Origin: the human T2T-CHM13v2.0 reference genome, Homo sapiens
Reading direction: 5' to 3' (one strand)
DNA: 64,000 bases
NCBI RefSeq assembly: GCF_009914755.1
Contig: NC_060926.1
Position 1 is the first letter of the stretch. Each line of letters opens with the position of its first letter. The notes below the pieces were generated by a model that ran no database searches, was not told the origin of the DNA, and saw only the letters and a list, made by a program, of their open reading frames with translations. The position numbers were made by a program, and so were the translations under genes. Shown in pieces: positions 41,728-60,053 of this stretch.

Positions 41728-42110
41728 TGTAAAAGTAAACCCTTAGACACATTAAATGTAACAAAGCTTAAATGAACAAAGAATGATTTGCAAATCCGGC
41801 AGCCCCCAGACCAGAATAGGTTCAGGGAGGCTCCAGCACTACGGCCCAGTCAAAAAAGGTTTGTGGATCAAAAAAAGAAAAGGGACACACAGAAAACAGA
41901 AGTACAGAAACAGCCAGATTGGTTACAGCTCAGTGTTTGCCTTATTTGAACATACTTTGAACAGTGCCCACCTTTGGCTGAAACTCAGTGATAGGCACAA
42001 GAGTAGGTTACAGCCTGTTCACACATCCAGTTAGGCTACAGTTCACTAGGTACAGGGAAACCTTTAAAATATATAAAAAGGCAGCTTTAGACTAAACTTT
42101 TTTTTAACAA
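41728..42110 (-). mobile_element. ERV1 (MER4-group) solo LTR
   Basis: tgtaaaagtaaac...gattggttacagctcagtgtttgccttatttgaac...taaca. Subfamily not determined. Confidence 0.65.
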
Positions 42111-42118
42111 AGTCGTAA

Positions 42119-42622
42119 TGTAAGCAGACAGAGGAGCCCCAGGGACTATGGGAATTTAATCAAATTGAGCAATCAGCCTGTTTTACAGCCTCCTGCCTTG
42201 CAGCCTGTTTTTCCCCAAACCCAGTGTGGAATTTGGTCAGCTGGAACCAGCCACTGACAGATCCTGGCAACATATAGATGAACCCAAGTGAACTTTCCCC
42301 ATTACCATGCTAAAATCTCCACCCCAGCAGGGGCTATAGCGTCATTACCATAACATGTGACATATGTGCCAGCATCATGACTCATGCATCTGCGCCACTC
42401 GGACCCCGCCCCTACATGCGATGATGCACTCTCTCCCCTCTCCATCGCCCCATAAAACTCTCCTGTCACTTTCCCCTTTGGGGACACTGCTTTGGAGAAT
42501 CCCCCCAGGGTTCTCCTTACTTGAGACAAATAATAAAACTCCTATAGCTCAAAACCTGTGTTCTCTGGCAGAGTCATTTTTTACTCACCAGGCAAATGAG
42601 CCCTGGTTTTTTTCAGGTAACA
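42119..42622 (+). mobile_element. Solo LTR (LTR47-like, ERVL)
   Basis: TG..CA ends, cattaccatgctaaaatctccacccc, cataaaa TATA-like box and AATAAA. Confidence 0.65.
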
Positions 42623-42771
42623 ATAAACCTGAAACTTTTCTAATCTATCAGTAACAAAGAAAAATATTTTGAAAAACTAGGTTAGAGGAAAGACTGAGTT
42701 TTCTATTGTCTATGGAAAACAATGTTGTAAAATTGCAGTCCTGTGAAGAGCCAATTCAAGAGTAAAAGCCA

Positions 42772-42900
42772 GGATCACTTGAGTCCAGGAGATGGAGGTT
42801 GCAGTGTGAGCCAAGATCGCACCACTGTACTCCAGCCTGGGTGACAGAGTAAGACCCTGTCTCAAGAAAAAAAAAAAAAGAAATAAAGAAAGAAAAAAAA
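42772..42900 (+). mobile_element. 5'-truncated Alu
   Basis: Right-arm 3' half plus A tail, TSD AGAGTAAAAGCCA. Confidence 0.88.
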
Positions 42901-42929
42901 AGAGTAAAAGCCAAATTGTAAGGGGAAAG

Positions 42930-44184
<1,255 letters not shown>

Positions 44185-44487
44185 AAAGTATTGCAGAGAT
44201 GTGTTAGAAAAGTAACAATTTAAAAATATTATGTTGTATTTCTAGATTGTATACTGTTTGTGATACTTGTTACCTTTTAAGATATATCATGTTATTTTTT
44301 CTCATTCTAAATATTTACTTTAATAGCTAATTTTGTATTGTTTTTCTTAAGCAGATTCCACCAAATTACATAAGCTTCAGCCTCCACAAACTCTGAATCT
44401 GACCCTCATCAAGTGGGCTGTGCTAAGAAGCTGGGTGGAATGAGCTTGGCCTGGCCTGCCACCTATCATTATTTCCAAGTATGTAAT

Positions 44488-45243
<756 letters not shown>

Positions 45244-45369
45244 TAATCCATGAAGATACAATGTTTAAGGCTTTAGTTAAAACTACACAAGACTGACTTA
45301 TACTTCAGTGTTTTGTGGGGAGATGTTATTAAAGCCAAACAAGGATACTTGTGTGAGAAGCTAGCCCAC

Positions 45370-45772
45370 CTCTCAACCAGTCTTCTTCTGGGCCACACAG
45401 CTGGACTACATTTCCCAGGCACCCTTGCAGCTCCATGTGGTCACGTGAATGAGTTCTAGCCAATGGAATGCAGATGATGGAAGCAATGTACAGCCCTTCC
45501 AGACTTAAGCCATGAAAACCTCCCACAATTGCTCACCTATTTCTTCCCTTTTCACTGGCTTAATGCACATGAGCACAGTGACCTTACAAGCCACTGTCAA
45601 ACATGGCAGAGCCACACAATGAAAGGAAGTTAGGTCTCTGATCCACTGCTTGGAAGAAAACTAAATTTGAACTCTTATTCTTCCAGTTAGCAAGAAATAA
45701 ACTTTTTATTCTTAAAACACTGGGATTCAGAGGTTTATCTGTTACAACAGCTAATAATATCTCAGTGAATAC
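45370..45772 (+). mobile_element. Old MLT1 LTR
   Basis: ctacatttcccaggcacccttgcag..atgagttctagccaatggaatg..gttacaacagc. Confidence 0.7.
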
Positions 45773-45961
45773 TGCTTCTGTTAGTGGACAAATAGCACTC
45801 CTCTTAAATTATGTTATAAGATCCTACTTGCTTGTGTATAAACATACGTATATTAACGTATATGTTTTGTGCAGATAAACATATGAAAATAAATATGTCT
45901 GAAGTCACATTTTCTCTCTTGTAGGTCCCATTTTACATTACTAGTTAATTATAGGCTACAG

Positions 45962-46289
45962 CAGGGGTCCCCAACCCCCAGACCACGGACTGGGGCTGCA
46001 CAGCAGGAGGTGAGCGGCAGGTGAGTGAACATTACCGCATTACTGTCTGAGCTCCTCCTCCTGTCAGATCAGCTATAGCATTAGAGTCTCATAGGAGTGT
46101 GAACCCTATTGTGAACTGTGCATGTGAGAGATCTAGGTTGCCTATTCCTTACGGTAATCTAACTAATGCCTGATGATTTGAGGTGGAACAGTTTCATCCC
46201 CAACTATCCCCTCCTCTTCCCCTGCCATCCACGGAAAAATTGTCTTCCATGAAACCAGCCCCTGCTGCCAAAAATATTGGGGACTGCTG
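45962..46289 (+). mobile_element. MER1B (hAT-Charlie)
   Basis: CAGGGGTCCCCAACCCC ... GGGGACTGCTG with a perfect 8-bp TSD GGCTACAG. Confidence 0.9.
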
Positions 46290-46624
46290 GGCTACAGTAT
46301 GTGATTAGCATTTCTGATATTTGGGTATTTGAGCAGGTACTAAAATTTCTGAAGAAATAGACCTATCCCAATCAGTGTAATAGACCTTTAAAGATTGTGA
46401 CTTTCTCTTTATTAGCATATTTAGGCTCAGATCTTCCAAAGATTCTAGAGAAAGAATTCCTGCATTGGGATGGAGGTTGGCATAGACAACATCTATGCTC
46501 TTTGTCAACCCTGATTATTTCTAGGTTTCACATCCTAAGTACAAAGCATGGTTTCACAGGACTCCCTGGATCAAATTACATTAATGATAAAAATTCATGT
46601 TTTAATGCACTTGCCCTAACTGAC

Positions 46625-47347
<723 letters not shown>

Positions 47348-49439
47348 GTGGCTCATGCAGGCTGTAAGCTCATACTACGTCTGGCCTTACCGTCACCCAG
47401 GGAGATACCTCACATCTGCTTAGAATTAAGTCCTTTCAGCTTCTCCTTCTTCTGGCTACTAGGGTTCCTTCCAAGGACTCAGCTTCTGCTAGCCACCAGT
47501 GGCACATCTGCAGGACACAAATGCTGGGTCCCAGGATAGAAGTACCAGAAGAGAGGCTGAACACTGCACATGCTTCCAGGCCCCCACAGGTGCTTCCCCT
47601 ACAACCCCATCATATCTAGTGTGTGCCACTGTAGCAGCTCTGGGCTATTGCTCGTTCTGATGAGCACCATGGCCTCTGCCAATTCCCTGTTACTCCCATT
47701 GAGAACAATGACCTGTTACTCAGCACAGCTCTAAAAGGACAAAAAGATCTGTGGGGAGGTGGCAGGAAATACCCCTTTCAGCCTTTTCTTATTCTCATCT
47801 ATGGCACCCCCTTGCCTTAGAAAATTGTAAGTCTTTGAGTTTTTTACACCTTTTATACTTTTAAGTTTTTATACTTTTTATATCTTAATAGTTTCCAGTC
47901 CCTACAGCCAGATATGAATCTATGTGATTGGGTTAGAAATACTTTGAATTATAGATATTTCTTTTTACTCAGAGACATGCCTTCCCTATCACTTAAGAGT
48001 CCTGGCTCTGTCTACCCTCAGGATGAGTTTTCTTCCAGGAGATACCTCAGAATATCGTGCAGATACCCTCTAGGTGAGCTCAATTGGCTAGACCTGCTGG
48101 AATCCCAGCTCAGGCTTGGGTGTAGTGACCCTGAACCAGGTGTCCAGTTAATAAACATGCTCTGTACACACCTAATTCTCCAAGAGAATAGACCCTTCAG
48201 TATTTCTGATGTTTCTCTGAACTTTCTCGATGACAAGTCTAGGCAAATGAAAGACCCTAACATAGTGGACATAAGCAAGATTTCAAAGCATGAAGCTAGA
48301 ATGGGATTCCTAGTGTCAGTCTAGTACCTTTTAATATCAATTCTCTGAAATGAGAATAAAGTTAATATTTATTTTATTCTATTACTACTGTGAGCCATTA
48401 AAATTGGATTTTTGGAAAGCAAAAGGAAAGGAGGAAGGGAGGGAAGGAAGGAATAGAAGGTGTGTAGAGGCTATTCACTAATTTGCTCTCTGAAACACTT
48501 AGGGGAAGAAAGAACTTTAAAAGGATCATGGAGATCAGATTTTTAAAAAATTTACCTTCTTAATCTTATATTTTCTAGCATTTTCTCAAACCTATTTGAC
48601 CCACTCCTCACCTCCAAACATTATTGAGCAGCCATTATGATCCATAAATAAGAGATTAAAAGATTTAAGTGTAATTAATGTGACATTGATTTTGAATCTA
48701 ATTCTTACACTATAAAATGATTTTTTTTAAAAAACAACAACTTGGCATGCTTAGGTAATATGTATGCCCCTTCCCAACTAGGTGTATATTAAAAAGGTTA
48801 AGAGTGACAATAATCTAAATTATGAAAGAATCCAGGCATTCTTATAATGTGCTTTGACCTATGGATACAAAAGGTCAAATGAAGCAGCAGCAGTGTACTG
48901 TATTTCTTTTCTGAAAAATGAAATGGGAATTATACAGTACTAATGTACAGCACTTAAAAAAGGGAATGGAACTAGCTATCACAGTATGTTAGGAAATGAC
49001 TGGTGCTTTTCCAAAAAACATCAGGAGAACAGACTTATTTCTGAGGTATTTGAAATCTGACAACCTCAATCTGTGATAATGAACATTCTGTCTGTGGGCT
49101 GAAGCAATCAATGGCTTCCCAGGCGAGGCCTTTGACCTACTTCATGACTGCTCTCCAGTTCACCTCTCAGACAAAATGGCACTGCAGTTACCACCACCAC
49201 AGAAACGACCCACAGACTTGAATGACGGTGACCTGACTTAATAAGGAAGAGAAAAAAGGTGTAGATGACACCAATCACAGCTGCCTCACCTAACAGCAAT
49301 AACTAATATCCAAACTAAATAAACTGGTGAGGTTCAAACTGGTTGGCATGCCTTTCTTACACAAAAGTAAGTCACAAAAATTGAAGGGTTTACAAACCAT
49401 GCTTGCCAGTTACCCTCTCCTGCAGCACTGAGACTAGAG

Positions 49440-49629
49440 CAGGATCTACAGCTTTTATGGGTTTTGTAAATAAAGATGTATTGGAACATGCTCATTAGTT
49501 TACACCATGCCTTGACTACTGTCCATGACAACAGCAGATGTCAGTAGCTGAGACAGAGACTGTACTCCCCACAAATTCTAAAAGATTTATTATCTGGTCT
49601 TTTACAGGAAAAAAAATTGCCAGTCCCTG
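49440..49629. mobile_element. MER58A-like hAT MITE
   Basis: CAGG...CCCTG ends, gtaaataaag..ttggaaca core, 8-bp TSD GACT(A/G)GAG. Confidence 0.75.
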
Positions 49630-50809
49630 GACTGGAGGGACAGAGCTGAGGAAGTGGTGGTATTTGCCACTGGAAAGTGTAAAACCATGGACACCCTCTC
49701 CAGCATCTTCTTTTATTCCTGAGCGCATAAAATAGTCTCTGGGAGGGAAATGAAGTGGAACAGACTATAGAAAAATTATGCTTCTCATAATGAAAGAAGA
49801 AAAGCCTGCAGGAAAGGAACAAGAGGCAAATATGCTATTTATGGTACACCATTCTGCTGTTTGCTCCAAGATTTTTCTTCAGCCCAACTACTGTTCCCCA
49901 CTCAGAGTGAAAGCTTCTATATACAAACTAACAGAAAAGATGGATCAATGATCTTCTGTTTTGGAGATGAAAATGTAATTTCTTAAATAAAATAATAAAT
50001 AAGAAATTAATACGAATAAAAATAAAGCAAAGAAAAGCAACACAACAGAAAAAATGGCTCATCCTCCAGTGATATGTATCTAGAATGTATAAAATTTTAT
50101 AAATTTATAACATTTAAAATTTTATACATGCTAGATATATATTCATTCAACACATAATTTCGTCTCCTTAAACCACCTAAAAAAAAGGCAGAAAAGGGCA
50201 TTAGCTAAAAATGTCAAGCATAACTTGAAATGTGAGGTAGTGCCCGGAGAAGCATCTGTATACTAATCAAAAACCAATTTTTGAGACAGCAGGTCTAGAA
50301 CATAGAGATAAGGGAGGTGGCTACACTGACAAAGAAGGAAGGCAAGACTGCTGCTAGTGGAGGTCTGAGCTTCTAGTCGTTACTTCTCATGGCACAACTA
50401 CACCCACGGCAGAGCAGCTTCAGGGACCTCTTTTCACTGGAATTGTGTGCAGGGCTCATTGGCCAGGAGAGCCGCCCTGATTCCATGGGGAGCATCTTAC
50501 TTCACTAAAGTGAGGTAATTCTGTACCATCCTCTTTGCCCCTTGGACAGCCCTTTGTTACCAGATAAGAAAAGATATAAATAGAAGAAATAATAAAAACA
50601 TTTTAAGAAGCCATGTATCTCTAATTTCATTATCTGTTAAACCCTACATAGCTCTAGGTTAAAACAATATTTTATGGAGGAAAATTTTAAACCTTAATTA
50701 GGTCTTTAGAATAAAATCTCAAAACAGAAATTATATACTAAATGATTAGTAGAACTGATTTATGTAGTAAATGATTAGTAGAACTGATTTAGTATTAAAA
50801 AATGTTCAT

Positions 50810-50960
50810 GGAAGGAGGCAGAGGATCAGTAAAAAATCAGGTACTTTGCTTATTACCTAGATGATGAAATAATCTGTACAGCAAATCCCCGTGACACACA
50901 GTTTACCTACCTAACAAACCTGCACATGTACCCCTGAACATAAAAGTTAAAAAAAGTTTA
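50810..50960 (+). mobile_element. Older L1PA 3' fragment
   Basis: gatgaaataatctgtacagcaaatcccc..aaacctgcacatgtacccctgaac + A tail. Confidence 0.8.
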
Positions 50961-51161
50961 AAAATGTAATAACACACTGGGATTATATTTGAAACATAAA
51001 TAAGAGACAAAAGATGAAAATCCCTAATGTATAAAGATATTTTATAAATCAGTGAAAAATAGAGATAGCTCTAAAATAAGTGAGGATCATGAATAATCAA
51101 TTTATGAAAGAACAAATGGCTAATAAACATTTTAAAAGTTCAGTCTAAATAGTAAACAAAG

Positions 51162-51458
51162 GGCAAGATATGGTGGCTCATGCCTATAATCCCAGCATTT
51201 TAGGAAGCTGAGATGGGAGAATCACTTTAGCCCAGGAGTTTGAGACCAGCCTGGGCAACAAAGCGAGACCCTGTCTCTACAAAAGTTTTTTAAAAAAACT
51301 AATAAGGCATTGTGGCATGCACCTGTAGTCCCAGCTACTTGGAAGGCTGAGGTGGGAGGAGCACTTGAGCCCAGGAATTCAAGGCTTCAGTGAGCTACGA
51401 TTTCACCAGTCCACTCCAATCTGGGTGACAGAGTGAGACTATATCTAATAAAAAAAAA
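51162..51458 (+). mobile_element. AluJ
   Basis: Dimer, TSD about AAATAGTAAACA. Confidence 0.9.
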
Positions 51459-51839
51459 TAGTAAACACAGAAATACAAATAAAAGAGATCATGGAAATAT
51501 TATCTACTAAAAGCTTAACAGTTTTTCTATTATTAGTAGTGATCTGCTATCTATCTGCAATGGATTTTTATGTATGGTATGAGATAGGCTCAAATTTCTT
51601 TCTTTTTTTTCCCACATGGAGTCAGTTATCTCAGCACAGTCAATAAGGCTGTTCATTCTCCGCCTTTTTGTGATGTCTTATTCTCATGAATTATATGACC
51701 TTACATATAGGTTGTGCTTCTGGACTCTATTCTGTTCCATCTATTTGTCCAGCCCTGTATAAATGTCACACTATATTAATTACTATAGTTTTTAAATAAA
51801 TCTTGATGTATGCTAAAGCAAAAAGCCTTGAAACAATGA

Positions 51840-52161
<322 letters not shown>

Positions 52162-52667
52162 TGGAAGGTAATTTTTAAATGATATCAAATGTATTCTTTA
52201 TGGTGAAGATCATAATCGCCCAAAGGTTCTTCATGACCACTGCACAGACAAAACCAGTCCACTAAAACTGTGGTATTGCAGTAAAGAAAGAGTTTAACAC
52301 GAAGCCAGCCACACAGAAGAACTGGAGCTATCAATCAAATCAGTCTCCCCAAGGGCTGAAAGGTTAGGGTTTCTCAAGGACAGCTTGGTGAGCAGGGGAC
52401 TAGGGAATGTGTGCTGCTGATAGGTTGGTGATGCAATCATAGAGGTGTGGAAAACAGTCCTCATGTACTGAGTTTGCCCCTGGGTAGGGGACTACAGGGC
52501 CAGTGGAGACATGAGTCACAAGTCCAGGTAGGGTCAGTCTGAAACACCTCTCAAAAACCCAATAATGATATTATTTATAGAAACAATTGGGGAAGTCACA
52601 AATCTTGTGACCTCTGGCCACATGACTCCTGAGCAAGCAGTAAGGGATATAGAAACTATACCTACGT

Positions 52668-52808
52668 AGCATCGGGAGATACACCTAATGCTAGATGACG
52701 AGTTAGTGGGTGCAGCGCACCAGCATGGCACATGTATACATATGTAACTAACCTGCACATTGTGCACATGTACCCTAAAACTTAAAGTATAATAAAAAAA
52801 AAAAAAAA
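52668..52808 (+). mobile_element. 5'-truncated young L1 (L1PA2/L1PA3-like 3' end)
   Basis: ...CTAGATGACGAGTTAGTGGGTGCAGCGCACCAGCATGGCAC...AAAGTATAAT + poly(A). 17-bp TSD AGAAACTAT(A/G)CCTACGT. Lacks the L1HS ACA diagnostic. Confidence 0.92.
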
Positions 52809-55105
52809 GAAACTATGCCTACGTTTTAGCAGAATTCAGGCCCCTCTTATAATCCTAATCTTGTGACCTTTTATTAGTCTTACAAAAAAAGGGGATCAGT
52901 TTTAGGGAGGAACTATTATCATCCTTGCTTTGAAGTTAAGCCATAAACTAAATTCCTCCCATGGTTAGTTTGGCCTATGCTCAGGACTGAGAGAAGACAG
53001 TCAGCCTGTGAGACTAGAAGCAAGATGGAGTCAGCCATGTTAGATTTCTCTCACTGTTATAACCTTTGCAAAGGCGGTTTCAATTCCCACCCTGGGTTTC
53101 GGCATACCTCATTCCTGAGGTGTGAGCTACAGAGATGGGAAAAGGCCAACAATCAGTTTAACTTTTCTGCTGACAGGGGCATAGTTGGGGTCAGGGTTGG
53201 GTCTGGAGTGAGAAGAATGAAACCACTTTGCAGTTGTCTACATAACTTTGTGTTGGAGTCCCAAGGTCTACATAACAAAAAGCAATAGTATTCTTATCCA
53301 CACAGGCTTAGTACAGCGCTTAAGAGAACAGCAGACTATAAGACAAATGATGAGCCCAAACATAAGAGTGAAAGTTCTAGTTTCAGAAGTTCCCATAGAA
53401 CTAATCTGAAGCTTTGAGGGATCCAGGTGAATGATCCAAGAACCAATCAGATATTAGGTCATCAACAGAGACTCAAAAATAATAGACGAGGCCGAAATCT
53501 AGTAAGAGGTATACTATCATTTTTTTAAAGCATAATTTTTCTCTCTCCAATTTTTCATTTCTACCAAAGACAAATCAAAGCAGGATCAATTTATTTGCAA
53601 AATAAGTTTCAGTCTTATTACAGTTTGCCTAATTATTTGCATAAAGTGCACAAGAATAATTATTTGCCATATAGGCTCTTTTTCAAAAATTTGGCTTTGC
53701 TGAATTTTTTTTTAATATACAGAACATCAGAGTAGACTTTTGAAAAGCCTCTTGAGCTCAGCCAAGGATTTATCTGTACCCGCAAATATCTGTGTGGGTT
53801 GGGTGAATTCCCCTCTTCTCAACATTCCAAAATAACTTGGGGTTCCTGGGCTGTCAGAAAATGACATTCTTTACTTACCACAGGCTAGGAACCCTTTTCA
53901 GGACCAGACATGAGGCCAGTTCTTCCAAGGGCCTTTTATCAGCTCTATAAGTCAACATTCATTCCTAAAAGTAGTCTGAAAACATGTCATTCTAGTCAAA
54001 GCCTTGGTAAAATAACCAGCGTCTCGAATTGTGTCCTGTTAACAAAACAGATTTTTACTGTACTTACGTAAATAACCATATTGCCATAAGTTAAGAATAC
54101 TCACAATACTCCAAATTCTAGAGAAATTAGGCAGAGAGAAAGAAATATGTTTTACATTTTGCTCAATTGTTAGAAGCTATAAATAACTCAAAAGAAAAGA
54201 AGTTTTCTTGACTCTGAAAAGCAAAACAAAAAAATCAGCAAAGTTTTAAGCAAAAAGTCATTAAAAGATTATTTCAGTATTCTGTTCATTCAGTCCATGT
54301 GAATGGATTGTTCTACTTGATACTGGATCAGCAATCCTTATGGAAACATCAGCTTTCCATGAGAGTACTGGAAGTTTTTTTCTCTATTCCAATAGTACAA
54401 TTTCTAAAGTTATCAGGAACCTGCATTCAAGAGCACGCAACAAAGTCCTATAGCTGATTATAAAACCACCTTTTGAGAAGGATCAAAGTAAAACAACAAT
54501 TGTGGACGACAAGCATCTTAGAACAATCGTGGTTAAAAATACAACTGACAAGCAAATTTCTTTATTTTTGTGGCATACAATGATTTAACATAATCATAAT
54601 TATTGTTGATAAAATACACAAAGTCATATTAGACTTACAGGAGTCTCACTACAATTCTGGAACACACACAAATAACACATTCATACAAATATAACCCAAA
54701 GAAAGTCAAACACTATTTCATACTTAACAATGCTTTTTGTGTGATTTTCACATACCAAATAAGGCAAATGTGCCTTTTGGACTTCAGGGACCCTAATACC
54801 TAAAAGGTTAATGAGGCCAAAAGGGTTGAATTTAGAACCTGAGATTTTGATTTTGGAAGGTTTGTCAAATACCAAAGGTTTAAAACACTTTATATCGCAA
54901 AATAGAATCACAGGTTATTTAGCTGAAGTGATAACTCAAAAATTTCAAAGAGGCAAAAAACCTTTACTCTTTGATAGAGGAGACAGCTTTCCAAACAAGA
55001 CTCAATAAAGACAGCATGAGGTCAACTGAACCTGAACCTCTCTCTTCTCTTTCCCCTCTTTTCTCTCCTTTTTACCTGCAGTGTACTCAAAAGGCAAAAA
55101 AATAA

Positions 55106-55447
<342 letters not shown>

Positions 55448-55945
55448 CCAATTTTTGATAAAACCTTATAAACAAATCTATTCAATCTTAATCAGTTTGA
55501 CCATTTGGACATAAGGTAAGATTTCCATAAACCTCTATAACTCTTTACAATTTTCTATTAAAGAGCAGATCAATGTTCCAAGGAAATCCTGTTATTCTGA
55601 CACACGGGCCCAGATTCTGACCCTATATTAGTGTGCTTTTTATCTTAATGTTTAATTTAAAGAAAAACTAAATAGCTCCCTTTACATTTTGGCCAACTTG
55701 CTTACATCCACAGAACTTCTTTTACAAGATGAGTCTTTCACAAATCTTCTACAACTTGCTTAAATCTTTGGTTTTGTCCTATCCTTCTTTTAACTTAAGA
55801 TAATCCTTAAAAACCTCTACATTAGACAAAATTACTTCACCTTTAACAAAAACCGTATTCCCATTCCTTTTTATAATCTTTTACCAAAAACACTTTTTAC
55901 TTTCCTTATATACTTTGCATGTAAAACTGTTTCTCTGATAGTCTC

Positions 55946-56846
<901 letters not shown>

Positions 56847-57833
56847 TCTCCATTACATATGTTACAATGTTAACTCTTAGCAACATTTATTTTTAGTGAA
56901 AAACCTTGTAAGTAAGCAATTTTAACCATGTGTCAGATGCAGAGCCCAGGACAAGGATAGAGCTGCCAACAACGTCTGACTCTTCCTAGCACAGTGGGGG
57001 GACATGGCTAACTCCACATGCCCCAGGCCTTACCTAAAATCTAATGGCTGGAAAACAGACAAGTCCAACAATTATCAAAATATGTCACAGAAGTAGTTTA
57101 TGACCTTAAAACATCTAGCAAAGACAGTATCCGAACTGCCTAATTCAGACCAAGTGTCTAAATTCTGAAGACATTTTTATTATATTTTACCAATTATCTT
57201 AAAAAATTGTCTTTATTTACCAAAGATTATTAAAATTATATGAACTAAAAGGCATTCAAATTTCCATTTTTCTGACAAAATATTTGGTTTAAGCACTTAT
57301 CTTTTTAAGCCAATTAATTAGAGCTCCTTTATATATTTTGGTAGTGAAACATCACACACATGACATATATAAATACACAGACAGACAGAAGCAGATTTGG
57401 TAGAGTTATAAGATTCTTCATTTGCCAGTTTTTAGGTTTTTCTTTCCCACTTTAGACCACCAGTCTTTTGATTACCTATTTACTTGTTGCCCTAAACAAT
57501 TGTTGGCTAGGCAGCTCTAAATTTGCATTTCTAAAGGGACAAGTCTTAGGTAAAACAAGATAGAGGATTCATATTTTACTCAAACCAAAGAAGCATGGTA
57601 TGAGTAAAAGTTCAATTAGGATGGCTAGGAGAAGCAGACACCCTTATACAGGGAGATTTCCTTAAAGATGTAAGTTTCTTAACTGGATTACTGGCGTTAA
57701 GGTGGAGGCTTTTAAGGAACAAGGCCAAGAGAGCATGCAGTATCTACGGCCTAATACACAGGTACAGCTGGGAGACACAACAGATTCCCGCAAAATCAAG
57801 GGGATCCCATTTTCACACCAAATTCTGAGTCCC

Positions 57834-58396
57834 TGTAGAAAGTAAAAAGTTTCCTCTTCAAACTTCCCCTTCTTGTTAAAGAATAAATTGTAAGTGTTAG
57901 AAGTAACAGTTTCTTTTAAAGACTAACTTTCTTCAAGTCTCCTTGCTTTGTGCTAATAACTCTTTGTTAAGCCCTAGTCTGTGTAACTGTTGGACATGCT
58001 CACAGACACATTCCAGCTCACAGCCTATGTCCCTTCCTTATTTGGAAATATTATTGCTTCCTTAAACCTTTCGTAAGCAACTTCTTTGTTCTTCCTTGCA
58101 CTTACCTATTTAGGAATGTTTCAGGTTATTAGCAAATTGGGTATCAGTTTAACATTGTGAGGTCCTGCTCCAGCCAATGGACGCAGGACATAGCAATAAG
58201 GATGACCCAAATGCGTGGCGGATAAATATGTCTGCTTTTCCTTTGTTCAAGTGTGCTTTTGCCATTGTTCCATCTGTGATTGAGCACCCTTTCTGCAGAA
58301 AGTAAAGATGGCCTTGCTGAGAGATCTTTTGTCTCTGTGCTGACATTTCTTCGTGGCACCGGTTGTCTATTTCTAACAATTTTGGTATTTCTAACA
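57834..58396 (+). mobile_element. Solo LTR, LTR10 family (HERV-I related)
   Basis: TG...CA ends, 5-bp TSD GTCCC, CCAAT box, TATA-like GATAAATA and AGTAAA poly(A) signal. Family assigned from remembered consensus start TGTAGAAAGTAAAAAGTTTCC. Confidence 0.72.
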
Positions 58397-59062
58397 GTCC
58401 CAAAAAAGAGGAAAGTGCTATGGAATGAGGCAGTGCAATGCTTACACACTATATCTCACAGTAAGGGCATTTCCCTATGGCTGCTGGGCAACCCAGTGTC
58501 TAAGAGCCCACTCTGTAATCAGCCCATCCTCCATTTCATACCTTTTATGTGCCCAAGAGCATGCTTTTCTTTCCTAAATGCACAAAGGAGCATCACCCTA
58601 TAGTGATAGCCACTCACTGTAAGCAACTGCCATCAGCCATCCCTAAAAGTCTATCTCCCATCTAACTGTTATATACCAAGAGTAAAAATTCTGTCATAAT
58701 GCCAAGTAATTTCTGATGCCCCCAATGTCACAAGGGTCATGTAACACAATGCAAACAGAGCAGAGCCTTGGATTTTGAGAGGGATCTGTCCACTTACAAT
58801 CCTTGGGTTCCATGAGGTAAACAGGTTTCACCCACAAGGGGGTCTGTGGTGTCTGCTCTGTTTTTCCCAAGGAGTCCCAGGCTGCTAAAAATATATTAGG
58901 TCCCGTCATGTGGGCATCGAGTGTGGCAAGAGGAAGGAGGGACAGACAGAAGTACCTGGAAAAACAGAATTCAGTTGATGGAGAAGAAAAAACTTTTTCC
59001 AAAAAACAAAATCTAAGAAGAGGAAAAGCATAAAGGCTTCAAAATATATGTAGAGCTTGTGA

Positions 59063-59372
<310 letters not shown>

Positions 59373-60053
59373 CTGGATATCAGCTTTTAATGAGGCTGAC
59401 ATTTAACCATAGAGCTCTTTTAAGGAAATACTTTTAAATAACTTATCACCAGACTCTAGCTGGGATAAACAGCCAACACCTGTGGCTTTTAAGCCTTATT
59501 TCCCGAAGGTATTCTCCCAAGTGAAACCATTAACCCTTAACTAAGGTTATAACTTAACCACACAGGCACAAGTCATCTCCAAAGAGATAGCAAGCAGTTT
59601 TTACAAGATCTAGAATCATCCCAAAAGTAGCTCAGATAAAAGAAAATTCAAAACAAGAATCCAAAGCTGTCCATGGAGGGCAAAAGAATCAATAAATGGC
59701 AAAAGTTCCACAACTATCCAACCAGAAAGGACTCATTCCCTAAGCAGGTGTCGAACCCAGGTGGGCATCATGAAAGGTCAAAGCCTTAGCTCCCGAGCTA
59801 CAGCATGGGAAAACTCTTTCACTTTCCAGAAGGAATCTAGGACAGTCATTTTTGAGCTTGCAAAGGATTTTAACTGCTCAAGAGAACTTTCTAAGGCCAG
59901 CCATGACATTCTCGTATGTCCTTCTTTTAATTTAACCTGTTTAAAAATGTAATCTTTTTTTTCAATTGTTGATTTTAAAAAGGCCTCTAAAATCCTTTTT
60001 CTTTTAATGGTGTACTTAGGTCCAATAGTGGCTCAATCCAAAAGCCTTTTTAA

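Noticed and set aside
47914-48324. 136-aa ORF in apparently unique sequence
   Set aside because: No recognisable domain, promoter or splice context; compatible with chance in 64 kb.
50739-50791. Short tandem duplication aaatgattagtagaactgattta x2 (similarly cccagtcctttcagacc x2 near 61808-61840)
   Set aside because: Ordinary two-copy slippage duplications. No unique spacers, so not CRISPR-like.
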